A stretch of DNA of 64,000 nucleotides from a bacterium (GCA_037439545.1 JBBIVV010000001.1:126845-190844), one strand, 5' to 3'. Positions 43,677 through 54,762 are shown, counted from the first letter of the stretch. A program made the numbers and translations. Notes: a model not told the origin generated them from the sequence alone.

Positions 43677-45899
43677 ATGGACAAAGAGCTTTATATCGAT
43701 GTTGTCCTTCCCGTCCCCGTTGACCATGGTTTTATTTATAAGGTTCACGACAATTTCGGAGATAATAGCACATATATAAGACCTGAAATAGGGCAGAGGG
43801 TGCTCGTGCCTTTCGGTTCAAGGCGTCTTGTCGGCATCATCAGGCAGGTACATATTGATAAACCTGCTTATGAAACAAAGTCTATCATTGAGATCTTGGA
43901 TAATGAACCCTGTCTTTCCCCTCCACTTATGCATCTCCTCGAATGGGCTTCTCATTATTATTTCCATCCTGTGGGTGATGTTTTTAAACAATTTTTACCG
44001 CACAGAGGTGTAAAACTTGAAGCAAATAAATTTTATAGACTATGTCAGGCAGGTAATGACATAAACGACGATAATGAAAATAGTGTAATAAAATATTTGA
44101 AAAATAGAAAATCTGTATCGAGAAATACATTGATACATAAATTTGGTATAACTAAAATCAACAGCCTCGTTAAAATCGGCCGGATCGAAGCTGTATTTAA
44201 ACCTGTCACCACCGGCTCAGAGGCAATAGATACATCAGAGACGGATAACTCTCAAAGTCTTAAACCCCATAACTTTGAAACCTTCTTACTCACGGATGAA
44301 CAAAGGACCATTATTAATCAACTCATAGCATATTTAAATCCAAGGACATTCATAACGAGCCTGGTTATGGGGGTAACTGGAAGCGGTAAAACTGAGATTT
44401 ACATGCACGTCATAGAGAAAGCATTGGAGCAGGGCAGGAATGCAATCGTTCTTGTACCTGAGATAGCTCTTGCTGCTCAACTTGTGCAGAGATTTGTAAA
44501 AAGATTCGGTGATGTTGTTGGCGTCGTGCACAGTGGTAAAGAACCGTCATCATTGAAAAAAACACAAAAAGCCATTCTGCAGGGCGATGTCCGTATCGTT
44601 ATTGGCGTACGATCAGCACTGTTTGCCCCTGTTAGAAATGTAGGTGTGATTGTCGTCGATGAAGAACATGCTCATACCTATAAACAGGAAGACAGGTTCA
44701 GGTATAATGCAAGGGATGCAGCCATAATGCGTGGAAAACATGAGCAGGCCGTTGTTATACTCGGCAGCGCCACGCCGTCCCTTGAATCTTATTACAATGC
44801 AAGTACAGGTAAGTACCGGTTTTACAGGCTGTATAACAGGATAAACAAGCTGCCCATGCCTGATATGCATGTTATCGATCTCAGGAAAGAACATCCACAC
44901 AAGATAGGGAATGAGATTCTGACCCAACCCCTCGTTGATGCCCTGACAAAGGTATTTTCGCATGGAAAGCAGGCCATTATCATGCTGAACAAAAGAGGCT
45001 ATTCATCGAGTCTGATCTGTACTGATTGCGGATATACACCGAGATGTCCGGAGTGTGACATTCCATTTACTTACCACAAAGCTTCGCAAAGACTCGTGTG
45101 CCATTATTGCGGTCATTCTATTACGCCGTTACAAAAATGCCCTGAATGCGGGTCTGCAAGTATCAAGCCGCTCGGTATCGGCACGCAGAGGCTTGAAGAA
45201 GAAATAAAAATGCTTTTTAAAAGTATTAAGTTTGTGAGAATGGATAGTGATACGACTATAACAACAGGATCGCATGAAAGGCTTATCAATATGTTTGGAA
45301 GCGGTGAAGCGCTTATCCTGCTTGGCACACAAATGGTTGCGAAGGGACTTGATTTTCCGGATGTCGAGCTTGTATGCCTGCCGCTCCTCGATGTTGGATT
45401 GAATGTGCCGGATTTCAGAAGTGCAGAACGTACCTTCGATATTATCACGCAATCAGCAGGCAGGGCAGGCAGGATTTCGAGCGGAGCGCATGTATTTCTC
45501 CAGACCTATAACCCGGATTATTATGCCGTGAGATACGCTGTCCGGTATGATACCGATGCTTTTTATAAGGAAGAACTCAACTACAGAAAAGAGTTGTTAT
45601 ATCCACCATTTTCGAGGATAGCACTTTTTATATTCAGACATAAAAATAATAGCAGACTCCAGGATGTCATAGATAAAATCAGCAAAGAAGCATCCGTTAT
45701 TCCACCGGACATCCAGGTGTCCGGGCCTGTTCCTGCACCCATGTCTAAAATAAAGAGCTTTTATGTGTATCATCTGTTGTTGAGATCACCGGATACCCAG
45801 AAGCTCCTGAACACGGTCCATCGGCTGAACACATGCTTCAAACCCATGCTTCATGATGTGCAGATGAACATCGATATAGACCCGCAGTATTTTGTGTGA
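43677..45899 (+). CDS. priA: Primosomal protein N'
   Basis: GVTGSGKTE, VDEEH, GSATPS, four CxxC, GTQMVAKG. Confidence 0.96.
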   Translation: MDKELYIDVVLPVPVDHGFIYKVHDNFGDNSTYIRPEIGQRVLVPFGSRRLVGIIRQVHIDKPAYETKSIIEILDNEPCLSPPLMHLLEWASHYYFHPVGDVFKQFLPHRGVKLEANKFYRLCQAGNDINDDNENSVIKYLKNRKSVSRNTLIHKFGITKINSLVKIGRIEAVFKPVTTGSEAIDTSETDNSQSLKPHNFETFLLTDEQRTIINQLIAYLNPRTFITSLVMGVTGSGKTEIYMHVIEKALEQGRNAIVLVPEIALAAQLVQRFVKRFGDVVGVVHSGKEPSSLKKTQKAILQGDVRIVIGVRSALFAPVRNVGVIVVDEEHAHTYKQEDRFRYNARDAAIMRGKHEQAVVILGSATPSLESYYNASTGKYRFYRLYNRINKLPMPDMHVIDLRKEHPHKIGNEILTQPLVDALTKVFSHGKQAIIMLNKRGYSSSLICTDCGYTPRCPECDIPFTYHKASQRLVCHYCGHSITPLQKCPECGSASIKPLGIGTQRLEEEIKMLFKSIKFVRMDSDTTITTGSHERLINMFGSGEALILLGTQMVAKGLDFPDVELVCLPLLDVGLNVPDFRSAERTFDIITQSAGRAGRISSGAHVFLQTYNPDYYAVRYAVRYDTDAFYKEELNYRKELLYPPFSRIALFIFRHKNNSRLQDVIDKISKEASVIPPDIQVSGPVPAPMSKIKSFYVYHLLLRSPDTQKLLNTVHRLNTCFKPMLHDVQMNIDIDPQYFV

Positions 45900-45948
45900 T
45901 TGGCGGAGCATAGTTGCATTTTCTTAATAGATATAGTAAGAAAGAAAC

Positions 45949-46974
45949 ATGACAATAATTGCGCTTGATGCAATGGGTGGGGATTATGCTCCGGACGATA
46001 TTGTGAGGGGGGCTGCATGGATAAGCATGGATACCAATATAGATGTTATCATTGTGGGGGATGAAAAAAAGATTACCGGTAAATTGAAGGAATTAAAACA
46101 CAATCCCGAGCACCTTTCCGTGTATCATGCATCTCAATTCATAAAAATGGATGAGTCCCCGAAAAGTGCCATAGAAAAAAAACAGGATGCCTCTATATTG
46201 GTAGCTGCGAGGCTTGTTAAAGACGGCAAGGCTGAAGCACTGGTGAGTGCCGGGAACACGGGAGCCTGCATAATGGCATGTGCAAAAACATTCACGAAGA
46301 TCCCGGGCATACATAAAGCAGCTTTAGCGTCGGTCTATCCGACAGAAATGCGGCGCGGCAAGAAGAACGATCCCTTTTCACTTATACTCGACGTCGGTGC
46401 TACGGTAAATGTTACTGCCAATGACCTTGTATCTTTTGCTATTATGGGAAGCTCTTATGCCTCGCGTATAAGTAAAAACTCAAAACCAAGGGTAGCCATA
46501 CTGTCAAATGGGACCGAGGAAATAAAGGGCAGTCCTGAGATAGTGGAGGCTTACCGATTACTGAAAGACTACAAAAAGATAAATTTTGTCGGTAATATCG
46601 AAGGTGTCGACATACCGAAAGGCATAGCCGATGTGGTTGTGTGCAGCGGATTCACGGGAAATATCGTTATAAAGATGCTTGAAGGCGTCTCTGAAACAGT
46701 CATGGAGCTTGCGAAATACGCATACAAAACAAGTTTTATGTGGAAGGTAGGGTTGGTAATGCTGCGGGGTGCGATATCACAATTAAAGGAAATAACCGAC
46801 TGGGAGCAATACGGCGGAGCTCCTTTGCTCGGATTTGATAACCTTTTTATAAAGGCTCACGGAAGGTCAAAGGCAAAGGCAACAGCCAATGCAATAAAGG
46901 TAGCTGCAAAGGCAGCAAGCAGCGGACTTATAAAAGACATATCGACGACTATCAAGGAATTTTCATTTGTTTAA
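45949..46974 (+). CDS. plsX: Phosphate acyltransferase
   Basis: IALDAMGGDYAP, SAGNTGA, FVGNIEG, YGGAPLLG, KAHGRS. Confidence 0.88.
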   Translation: MTIIALDAMGGDYAPDDIVRGAAWISMDTNIDVIIVGDEKKITGKLKELKHNPEHLSVYHASQFIKMDESPKSAIEKKQDASILVAARLVKDGKAEALVSAGNTGACIMACAKTFTKIPGIHKAALASVYPTEMRRGKKNDPFSLILDVGATVNVTANDLVSFAIMGSSYASRISKNSKPRVAILSNGTEEIKGSPEIVEAYRLLKDYKKINFVGNIEGVDIPKGIADVVVCSGFTGNIVIKMLEGVSETVMELAKYAYKTSFMWKVGLVMLRGAISQLKEITDWEQYGGAPLLGFDNLFIKAHGRSKAKATANAIKVAAKAASSGLIKDISTTIKEFSFV

Positions 46975-48009
46975 ATGGAGCATATAATATATAGGTGGGA
47001 TCTCGATAAAACCTATCTTAAAACAGAGTTTGAAACAGTTAAGGGACTTCTAAAAACAGCCTTTCAATCTGCCGAGGAAAAAGAAAGTGTTCCAGGCGCG
47101 CCGTCTTTATTAAAAGAACTTCAGAAAGATGAGATAAACCGGATATACTTTATTTCAGGCAGCCCGAAACAGATGCGCAAAGTGCTCGAACAAAAACTCA
47201 GGATCGACGGTATTAACTGGTCGGAGCTTGTCTTAAAGCCGAATCTTCAGAACCTTTTACATGGAAGGTTTCATGCCCTGAGAGAACAAATCGGATATAA
47301 GCTGCCTCTCTTGATTGAGGACAGAGTGAAGTCAGGACAGAAGTACAAGGAGATTTTATTCGGGGACGACGCTGAATCCGATGCGTACATATACTCACTG
47401 TATGCAGATACAATTGCAGGAAGGGTAAAGGAAGAAACCGTGAAAAATATCATGGAGCTTGCCCGCGTGCCTTCGGTCGAGATAAAAAAGATGTCCGTTT
47501 CGCTGAAACATCTGCAGCATGTCGATTCCGTGGAAAGGATATTTATCTATCTTGAAAAAAGATCACCGCCAAAAGGATTCGATGTGTATGGAAACAGGGT
47601 AGTTCCCATATATAACTATTTCCAGGCAGTACTGGTTTTATATATAGAGAAGCTGATGAAAATGACATCGGTAATAAGGGTCATACTGGATCTTGTTTTT
47701 GAACATAAGAGTTCTCCGTTAGTCTTCGCTAATTCATTCCAGGACCTGCTGAGAAGAGGCATAATCGACAGAGACCAGTCTATGGAGATCATGGAAGGTA
47801 TAAAGCATAATCTAAACCAGAAAATAATTCCGCTGCCGCAGGATTTTTATGAAAAATTAATCGCTTTGCTCGATGCCTTGAAAGGGGTGAAAGAGGGAAA
47901 CAGTGTAAGCGACACGTCGGAGTCGATAGATTACGTAGAGCTTTATGCACAGGAACACCGGAAGCTGATAAAACAAAAGAAGTCCATGGTTGACCGGCTA
48001 TTCGGTTGA
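46975..48009 (+). CDS. HAD-fold phosphatase, App1/DUF2183-like (putative phosphatidate phosphatase)
   Basis: WDLDKT (DxDxT), YFISGSP, GYK, LFGDDAESDAYIY. Confidence 0.65.
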   Translation: MEHIIYRWDLDKTYLKTEFETVKGLLKTAFQSAEEKESVPGAPSLLKELQKDEINRIYFISGSPKQMRKVLEQKLRIDGINWSELVLKPNLQNLLHGRFHALREQIGYKLPLLIEDRVKSGQKYKEILFGDDAESDAYIYSLYADTIAGRVKEETVKNIMELARVPSVEIKKMSVSLKHLQHVDSVERIFIYLEKRSPPKGFDVYGNRVVPIYNYFQAVLVLYIEKLMKMTSVIRVILDLVFEHKSSPLVFANSFQDLLRRGIIDRDQSMEIMEGIKHNLNQKIIPLPQDFYEKLIALLDALKGVKEGNSVSDTSESIDYVELYAQEHRKLIKQKKSMVDRLFG

Positions 48010-48031
48010 TCCGTCAACCCGATAAGAATAC

Positions 48032-48961
48032 ATGGATAAGAAGCGCAGGCTTATTATAATAACAGGTCCGACTGCTGCAGGAAAAACTGAATGCAGTATC
48101 GATCTTGCTTTATCATTTCGCGGAGAGATCGTGAACAGTGATTCCAGGCAGGTGTACCGGTATATGAACATAGGAACTGCAAAACCTGATGCTGCACAGT
48201 TGAGTATGATAAAACATCATATGATAAATGTAGCTGAGCCGTCTGTTCGTTTTAATGCGGCAATGTACGTTGCTATGGCGGACAAATGTATTGATGTTAT
48301 CGATGGTTCAAGACACATGCCGTTTATTGTCGGCGGAACAGGGCTTTACATCAAAGCATTGTTACATGGGCTTGCCCCTATACCTCACATCGATGAGACT
48401 GTGAAAAGGAACATAAGAGATCAGCAGAAGTTATACGGTAATGAGGCATTATATGAGAGGCTGAAACAGGTAGATCCGGAAGATGCATCGCATATAAGAA
48501 TAACAGATACGTACAGGCTTATAAGGGCACTGGAAGTTTTTACGGGAACCGGTAAGCCTCTGTGTGAGTATATGGATAAACACAGATTCTCGCCAACGAA
48601 GTACAGGTATATGTATATCGTTCTTTATAATTCGAATAAACAGCACTACCATGCTATTATAGATAAAAGGACTGATTGCATGATTGAAAATGGACTCATT
48701 GATGAAGTTAAGTGGTTGATTAATAAAGGCTATAGCTCTGATCTTCCTGCAATGAAGACTGTTGGATATACAGAGATAGCTGATTATCTCAATAAGAAAA
48801 CAGATCTGAGTACTGCTGTTGACCTTATCAAGAAACACACGAAGGCATATGCGAAAAGGCAGGTTACATGGTTTAAAGGCATAAAAGATGCTACATGGGT
48901 AGATATGAAGGACGATAAAAATAAATTAAATGAGCTTATAAAGAAGGCTGAAAATGCCTAA
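48032..48961 (+). CDS. miaA: tRNA dimethylallyltransferase
   Basis: [35 protein letters not shown]. Confidence 0.96.
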   Translation: MDKKRRLIIITGPTAAGKTECSIDLALSFRGEIVNSDSRQVYRYMNIGTAKPDAAQLSMIKHHMINVAEPSVRFNAAMYVAMADKCIDVIDGSRHMPFIVGGTGLYIKALLHGLAPIPHIDETVKRNIRDQQKLYGNEALYERLKQVDPEDASHIRITDTYRLIRALEVFTGTGKPLCEYMDKHRFSPTKYRYMYIVLYNSNKQHYHAIIDKRTDCMIENGLIDEVKWLINKGYSSDLPAMKTVGYTEIADYLNKKTDLSTAVDLIKKHTKAYAKRQVTWFKGIKDATWVDMKDDKNKLNELIKKAENA

Positions 48962-50555
48962 AACACACAGCGGTTTTATAAAGCAATTAAATAATAAGAA
49001 AAAACAGCTCACCGCGCTCTACGAGGTGAGCAAACAGCTCGCATCTACGATAGATTTTAGCGCATCCATACATTCAAGCCTGAAATTACTCGCAACCTAT
49101 CTCGATATCCAGAGAATAGCCTTGTTTGTGTTTGAACCCGAGACAAGAGAATTCGTAATACATTATGCCTATGGTTTTACGCAGGAGGAAAGACTGAAAG
49201 GCAGGTACAAACTGGGTGAGGGGATTACTGGCAAGGTGGGAAAGAGCGGAGTGCCTGTCGTACTGCCTGATGTAAAGGACGAACCCATGTTTATGAACAA
49301 AACGGGCAAAGAGCTGAAGAAGGATGCTGTATCTTACATTGCAGTACCTGTAAAGATAGATAGAAAGGTTGTAGGCGTTTTAAGCGTGCAGAAAACACTT
49401 ACAGAGGACAGCTCGTTCGAAGAAGATGTGAACCTCCTGTCCATGACCGCAACGCTCATAGGGCAGGCTATGAGTATGAACCGTATAATAGAAAAACAGC
49501 GTGAGGTAATGGAGCAAGAGAAATCCGTTTTGATTAAAGAATTGAAATCAAAATACAGACCGGAAAATATTATCGGTATAAGTCCTGGTATTGAAGAAGT
49601 ATTCGAAGTTATAGACAGGGTAAGTCCTACAAAGGCTACTGTCCTTCTCAGAGGAGAGAGCGGGACCGGCAAAGAACTCGTGGCAAGGGCGATACATTTT
49701 CACAGTCCCAGGGCAGGGAAACCGTTTGTTAAAATGAACTGTGCCGCATTGCCGGACACACTGCTTGAGAGTGAATTGTTCGGACATGAAAAGGGCGCAT
49801 TTACCGGTGCGTTTGAAGCAAAGAAGGGCAGGTTTGAGCTTGCAAATGACGGTACGATTTTCCTCGATGAAATAGGTGAAATAAGCCTCTCGACGCAGGC
49901 AAAGTTATTGAGGGTGATTCAGGAGAAGCGGTTTGAGCGGCTTGGAGGCAACAAGACGCTCGAAGCTGATGTGAGGATTATTGCGGCAACGAATAGCGAT
50001 CTTGAGAAAGGGATAAAAGAGAGGATTTTCAGGGAAGACCTGTATTACAGGCTGAATGTCGTGCCCATATTTATGCCTGCATTGCGTGGGCGTAAAGAGG
50101 ACATCCCCCTGCTTGTCGAGCATTTCCTCAGCAGGTTCAACAAAGAACACGGCAAGTTTTTAAAACTGTCCGAGCAGGCAATGGAATTTATGATAAATTA
50201 TAACTGGCCCGGGAACGTAAGAGAGCTCGAGAATATGATAGAGCGGATCGTGATCATGACGAAGAGTAATGTGGTAGATATAAAGGACATTCCTTTGCCG
50301 GTTGTAAGCGGTGAACCTGCACGGATCAGTGCTGTTCCGTCAAAACAGGCAATTTTCGAACATTACAAACTTGATAGCATGATTGAAGATATGGAGAAAA
50401 GCAGGATTATAGATGCCTTAAAGAAAACCAGCGGTGTAAAGGCAAAGGCTGCAAGGATGCTGGGCATTACACAGAGGCAGCTCGGATACAAAATGCAGAA
50501 ATATAAAATCGCGATTGAGGTTGATGCCGCAGTTCATAATATAGAAGAGAGATAG
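48954..50555 (+). CDS. NifA-like GAF-AAA+-HTH sigma54-dependent activator
   Basis: [61 protein letters not shown]; no receiver domain. Confidence 0.9.
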   Translation: MPKTHSGFIKQLNNKKKQLTALYEVSKQLASTIDFSASIHSSLKLLATYLDIQRIALFVFEPETREFVIHYAYGFTQEERLKGRYKLGEGITGKVGKSGVPVVLPDVKDEPMFMNKTGKELKKDAVSYIAVPVKIDRKVVGVLSVQKTLTEDSSFEEDVNLLSMTATLIGQAMSMNRIIEKQREVMEQEKSVLIKELKSKYRPENIIGISPGIEEVFEVIDRVSPTKATVLLRGESGTGKELVARAIHFHSPRAGKPFVKMNCAALPDTLLESELFGHEKGAFTGAFEAKKGRFELANDGTIFLDEIGEISLSTQAKLLRVIQEKRFERLGGNKTLEADVRIIAATNSDLEKGIKERIFREDLYYRLNVVPIFMPALRGRKEDIPLLVEHFLSRFNKEHGKFLKLSEQAMEFMINYNWPGNVRELENMIERIVIMTKSNVVDIKDIPLPVVSGEPARISAVPSKQAIFEHYKLDSMIEDMEKSRIIDALKKTSGVKAKAARMLGITQRQLGYKMQKYKIAIEVDAAVHNIEER

Positions 50556-50586
50556 TCTGTCATTGGTTCAATATTGTTGTATTGAG

Positions 50587-50618
50587 ACATAATTGTAGTT
50601 ATAGTCAGACAAAATTGT
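50587..50618. promoter_or_regulatory. Tandem upstream binding motif (glnA)
   Basis: ACATAATTGT-N12-ACAAAATTGT. Confidence 0.7.
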
Positions 50619-50756
50619 AATATTTCTTACTCCCAAAATAAAAGAAAAAGTTTTCTTCTCTGTCCGGGTTAAGGAAGAAATGCGCCTTTAGCGAAGCTCA
50701 ACCCTGCGGCTGCCTGCCCGCTGTTTCGCTCATAAACTTTGTATTGACATATATGG

Positions 50757-50773
50757 TTGGCATGTTATTTGCT
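50757..50773 (+). promoter_or_regulatory. Sigma54 -24/-12 promoter of glnA
   Basis: TTGGCATGTTATTTGCT (GG-N10-GC). Confidence 0.85.
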
Positions 50774-50805
50774 TTTAAATATTATATAAAAAATGAGGAG
50801 GCACT

Positions 50806-52218
50806 ATGACACCAAAAGATGTTTTAAAGTTAATCGAGGAGAAAAAGATAAGTTATGTGGATTTGAAATTTCTGGACTTTATCGGGACATGGCAGCATTT
50901 CACAATACCGGTACGTGAGCTCAGTTTGGATGTATTTGATGAAGGCCTTGGGTTTGACGGCAGCAGTATAAGAGGCTGGCAGCCGATACATGCAAGCGAT
51001 ATGCTGGTTATCCCCGAGGCTGCAACAGCAGTTATAGACCCGTTTATCCAGGAACCGACTCTGAGCATTATATGTAACATCCAGGATCCTATAACAAAGG
51101 AATATTATACAAGGGACCCGCGCAATATAGCAAGAAAGGCGGAAAATTATTTAAAATCGACGAGCATCGGTGATGTGGCATACTTTGGGCCTGAACTTGA
51201 GTTCTTCATATTCGACGATATCAGATACGACCAAACAGTAAACTCGGGTTATTACATCATAGATTCAGTAGAAGGACAGTGGAACACAGGCAGGGATGAA
51301 GGACCGAACCTCGGGTACAAGCCAAGATACAAGGAAGGCTACTTTCCGGTATCCCCGACTGACTCTCAGACGGACATAAGAAGTGAAATAGTGACCGTGA
51401 TGGAGAGCATTGGACTGAAGATAGAGAAACACCACCATGAGGTTGCAACAGGCGGTCAGGCAGAGATAGACATGGTTTTTGATTCGCTGTTGAATATGGG
51501 CGATAAAGTGATGTGGTACAAGCATATTGTCAAGAATGTGGCAAACAAGCACGGAAAAACAGCCACATTTATGCCGAAGCCGTTATTCGGCGACAATGGA
51601 TCAGGGATGCATACCCACCAGAGTATATGGAAGGCAAACAAGCCTTTATTTGCAGGAAATGGATACGGCGGCATGAGTGAACTTGCGATGTATTACATTG
51701 GCGGCATATTGAAACATGCTTCGGCAATTTGTGCTTTTACAAACCCGACAACAAACTCTTACAGAAGGCTTGTACCGGGTTTTGAAGCACCTGTGAACCT
51801 TGCTTACTCCAGCAGGAACAGATCAGCATCGGTAAGGATACCGATGTATTCCACAAGCCCTAAATCGAAGAGAATAGAAGTGAGATTCCCGGATCCTGCT
51901 TCAAACAGCTACCTTGGATTTTCAGCCATGTTAATGGCAGGACTTGACGGCATACAGAACAAGATCAAGCCGGGCGAACCGCTCGATAAGGATATCTATG
52001 GTCTTTCACCGGAGGAATTAAAAAATGTGCCGAGTACCCCCGGCAGTCTTGAAGAGGCACTGAACGCACTAAAGAAGGATCATGAATTCCTGTTGAAAGG
52101 CGACGTGTTTACATCCGATGTCATTGAAACATGGATAGAATATAAAACAAAGGCTGAAATCAACCCGGTGAAGCTCAGGCCGGTTCCTCTGGAATTCAGT
52201 TTATACTTTGACGCATAA
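50806..52218 (+). CDS. glnA: Glutamine synthetase type I
   Basis: FDGSSI, HHHEVA, MPKP..DNGSGMH, RNRSA, EVRFPD, DKDIY (adenylylation-site Tyr equivalent). Confidence 0.97.
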   Translation: MTPKDVLKLIEEKKISYVDLKFLDFIGTWQHFTIPVRELSLDVFDEGLGFDGSSIRGWQPIHASDMLVIPEAATAVIDPFIQEPTLSIICNIQDPITKEYYTRDPRNIARKAENYLKSTSIGDVAYFGPELEFFIFDDIRYDQTVNSGYYIIDSVEGQWNTGRDEGPNLGYKPRYKEGYFPVSPTDSQTDIRSEIVTVMESIGLKIEKHHHEVATGGQAEIDMVFDSLLNMGDKVMWYKHIVKNVANKHGKTATFMPKPLFGDNGSGMHTHQSIWKANKPLFAGNGYGGMSELAMYYIGGILKHASAICAFTNPTTNSYRRLVPGFEAPVNLAYSSRNRSASVRIPMYSTSPKSKRIEVRFPDPASNSYLGFSAMLMAGLDGIQNKIKPGEPLDKDIYGLSPEELKNVPSTPGSLEEALNALKKDHEFLLKGDVFTSDVIETWIEYKTKAEINPVKLRPVPLEFSLYFDA

Positions 52219-52239
52219 AAATAATCAAAATAGTAACCC

Positions 52240-52305
52240 ATAGGGGCGGGGGACCCTCGTCCCTATAAATTAAAATCAAACAAACAGGGCGGGGTGACCC
52301 GCCCT
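52240..52305. repeat. Pair of REP-like hairpins after glnA
   Basis: ATAGGGGCGGGG-GA-CCCTCGTCCCTAT and AGGGCGGG-GTGA-CCCGCCCT. Confidence 0.5.
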
Positions 52306-52312
52306 TGCAATT

Positions 52313-53029
52313 ATGAACAAATCCATAGCGGTTATAAGACATATTGGCGTAGAAGGGCTTGGCACTATAGAAGATGTATTAAAAAATAAGGGCCTGTCAT
52401 ACGATTATATAGATACTTGGAAAGATACGCTGCCACAGGACGTATCGGACTTCACGGCCCTTGTAATACTTGGCGGTCCTATGGGTGTTTACGAGCAGGA
52501 TAAATACCCATTTATAGAAAAAGAGCTGGAGCTCATCAGAAAAGCAAGAAATGCGAGTATGCCTGTTATCGGTATATGCCTTGGTTCACAGATGATAGCC
52601 CAGGCGCTGGGAGGAAGGGTATATAAAGGCAGGGTAAAAGAGATTGGCTGGTATGATATTAATTTTACGGAACTATCGTTAAACGATAAACTCTTTGCCT
52701 CGATACCTGTTACCAAAGATGAATCCACTACTATAAAAGCATTCCAATGGCATGGGGATACCTATGATCTTCCAGAAGATGCCATAATGCTTGCAAGTTC
52801 AAAACTATATGCGAATCAGGCATTCAGAATAGGTACTCTATACGGATTGCAGTTTCATATCGAGGTAAAAGAGGATGATATAGAAAACTGGATCAACGAA
52901 TATAAAACAGAAGTTGCTGTATTAAAAAAAGATATAGATCTTAGTAAGATAATGGAAGATACGAGAAAATATATAGGTCAATTAAATAAAACAAGCATAC
53001 AGATATTTTCCGCATTCTTTACCCCGTGA
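52313..53029 (+). CDS. Type 1 glutamine amidotransferase domain protein
   Basis: LGGPMG, GICLGSQ, QWHGD, QFHIE (Cys-His-Glu triad). Confidence 0.9.
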   Translation: MNKSIAVIRHIGVEGLGTIEDVLKNKGLSYDYIDTWKDTLPQDVSDFTALVILGGPMGVYEQDKYPFIEKELELIRKARNASMPVIGICLGSQMIAQALGGRVYKGRVKEIGWYDINFTELSLNDKLFASIPVTKDESTTIKAFQWHGDTYDLPEDAIMLASSKLYANQAFRIGTLYGLQFHIEVKEDDIENWINEYKTEVAVLKKDIDLSKIMEDTRKYIGQLNKTSIQIFSAFFTP

Positions 53030-53121
53030 GAAAGCCCCACCATTTATGGTGGGGATAATATGATAATTTTTAATTCCTTATAGAAATGGCGTGTTTTAAA
53101 GCCATGTCCTTTCTCACGGGG
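53022..53121. mobile_element. MITE family A, copy 2 (intact, 100 bp)
   Basis: Perfect 13-bp TIRs CCCCGTGAGAAAG / CTTTCTCACGGGG; TTTA at 53018-53021 and 53122-53125; internal hairpin CCCCACCAT-TT-ATGGTGGGG. Confidence 0.85.
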
Positions 53122-53161
53122 TTTACTCAATACTCATTCTCTCCTATTTCGTTACATCAAT

Positions 53162-53193
53162 ACAAAAATGTAGAATAAAAGATACAAAATTGT
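53162..53193. promoter_or_regulatory. Tandem upstream binding motif (amtB1)
   Basis: ACAAAAATGT-N12-ACAAAATTGT. Confidence 0.7.
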
Positions 53194-53227
53194 CATGCAA
53201 ATTTGTATAATGCGGACATAAAGGGTA

Positions 53228-53244
53228 TTGGCATACAGAATGCT
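53228..53244 (+). promoter_or_regulatory. Sigma54 -24/-12 promoter of amtB1
   Basis: TTGGCATACAGAATGCT (GG-N10-GC). Confidence 0.75.
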
Positions 53245-53286
53245 CCTACAATTTTGTCACAAACTATAAATCATAGGAGAAGAATT

Positions 53287-54600
53287 ATGAAGAGATTTTG
53301 GCAGAACGTACCTCTATTTCTTGTTACGCTGTTTATGCCTGCCATTGCATGTGCGGACGCCGCAGATGCGATGCAAAAAATCAACACCGGAGATACCGCA
53401 TTTGTTCTTGTAGCAACAGCCCTTGTCATGCTCATGACACCGGGGCTCGCGCTGTTTTACGGCGGGATGGTGAAAAAGAAGAACGTCCTTACCACCATAA
53501 TGCAGAGCTTTATACTGCTTGCAATTATCAGCATCCAATGGGTCCTATGGGGGTACAGCCTTTCTTTCGGACCTGACATCCACGGTGTTATAGGAAGCTT
53601 GAAATGGTTTGGATTGAACCATGTCGGTCTTGCTCCCAATCCCGATTATGCATCTACAATCCCCCATCAGGAATTCATGGTATTTCAGATGATGTTCGCG
53701 ATAATAACGCCGGGACTTATAACAGGGGCGTTTGCCGAAAGGATGAAGTTCAGTACGTTCTTATTATTTACTATCTTGTGGTCTACGCTTGTCTATGATC
53801 CCATAACTCATTGGGTGTGGGGCACCGGCGGCTGGCTGAAGTCCATGGGCGTCCTGGATTTTGCAGGGGGGCTGGTCGTACACCTTAGTTCCGGCATATC
53901 AGCTCTGGCTGCAGTGCTTGTCATCGGCAAAAGGTACAACTACGGCAAAGAACCGCATATGCCGCATAACCTTACTATGACCCTCCTTGGGACTGCGTTG
54001 CTATGGTTCGGGTGGTTCGGGTTTAATGCGGGCAGTGCACTATCTGCCGGTCCGCTTGCTGTGTCCACATTTGTCGTCACAAATATCGCAGGTGCTGCCG
54101 GGACCCTCGGGTGGATCGTTTTTGAATGGATGAAGAATGGCAGACCAACCATGCTTGGTGCTGCGAGCGGTGCCATAGCGGGCCTTGCAACCATTACGCC
54201 GGCATCCGGGTTTGTTACGCCTACATCTGCCATAATTATAGGATTTGCAGCAGGCGCATTGTGCTATTATGCGGTGAGCCTTAAATTTAAATTCGGATAT
54301 GATGATGCCCTGGATGTAGTCGGCGTTCATGGGGCAGGCGGTGTTCTCGGTGTGCTTGCAACAGGGTTGTTTGCAAGTCTTGCGTTAAATCCAAACGGTG
54401 CAAACGGATTGTTGTACGGTAATGCTCATTTTTTCCTTATTCAGCTCTTTGCTGTTCTGGTGGTAATAGTCTATTGCTTTGCCATGACGGTAATAATCCT
54501 TAAAGTGCTCGAGAAGGTGATGGCCTTGAGGGTATCGCACGAGGATGAGATATCAGGGCTCGACATTACCCAGCATGGTGAAGAAGGGTATAACATGTAA
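53287..54600 (+). CDS. amtB: Ammonium transporter (paralog 1)
   Basis: MTPGLALFYGG, FQMMFA, DFAGG.VVH, WFGWFGFNAGS, GVHG; start after AGGAG. Confidence 0.95.
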   Translation: MKRFWQNVPLFLVTLFMPAIACADAADAMQKINTGDTAFVLVATALVMLMTPGLALFYGGMVKKKNVLTTIMQSFILLAIISIQWVLWGYSLSFGPDIHGVIGSLKWFGLNHVGLAPNPDYASTIPHQEFMVFQMMFAIITPGLITGAFAERMKFSTFLLFTILWSTLVYDPITHWVWGTGGWLKSMGVLDFAGGLVVHLSSGISALAAVLVIGKRYNYGKEPHMPHNLTMTLLGTALLWFGWFGFNAGSALSAGPLAVSTFVVTNIAGAAGTLGWIVFEWMKNGRPTMLGAASGAIAGLATITPASGFVTPTSAIIIGFAAGALCYYAVSLKFKFGYDDALDVVGVHGAGGVLGVLATGLFASLALNPNGANGLLYGNAHFFLIQLFAVLVVIVYCFAMTVIILKVLEKVMALRVSHEDEISGLDITQHGEEGYNM

Positions 54601-54648
54601 CAAATGTAATTCCGGAAACAGTGAACGGAGTTTAAAGCAATCGATATG

Positions 54649-54686
54649 AAGGCTGACAGGCCCCGCGGGTCCTGTCAGCCTTTTTT
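54649..54686 (+). terminator. Intrinsic terminator after amtB1
   Basis: GGCTGACAGG...CCTGTCAGCC stem followed by T6. Confidence 0.85.
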
Positions 54687-54709
54687 CTTCTCTATTCTGT
54701 CTCACTTTT

Positions 54710-54741
54710 ACAAATTTGTAGGATTGATCGTACACTATTGT
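54710..54741. promoter_or_regulatory. Tandem upstream binding motif (amtB2)
   Basis: ACAAATTTGT-N12-ACACTATTGT. Confidence 0.7.
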
Positions 54742-54762
54742 AGTATACCAGCATAAAAGACG

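Noticed and set aside
48954..50555. Calling the activator nifA and inferring nitrogen fixation
   Set aside because: No nitrogenase genes in the window; domain architecture alone does not show diazotrophy
50685..50732. Hairpin AGCGAAGC...GTTTCGCT upstream of glnA as a glutamine riboswitch
   Set aside because: It lies upstream of the sigma54 promoter, so outside the predicted transcript; partly resembles MITE B interior (GCTCAAYCCTGCG)
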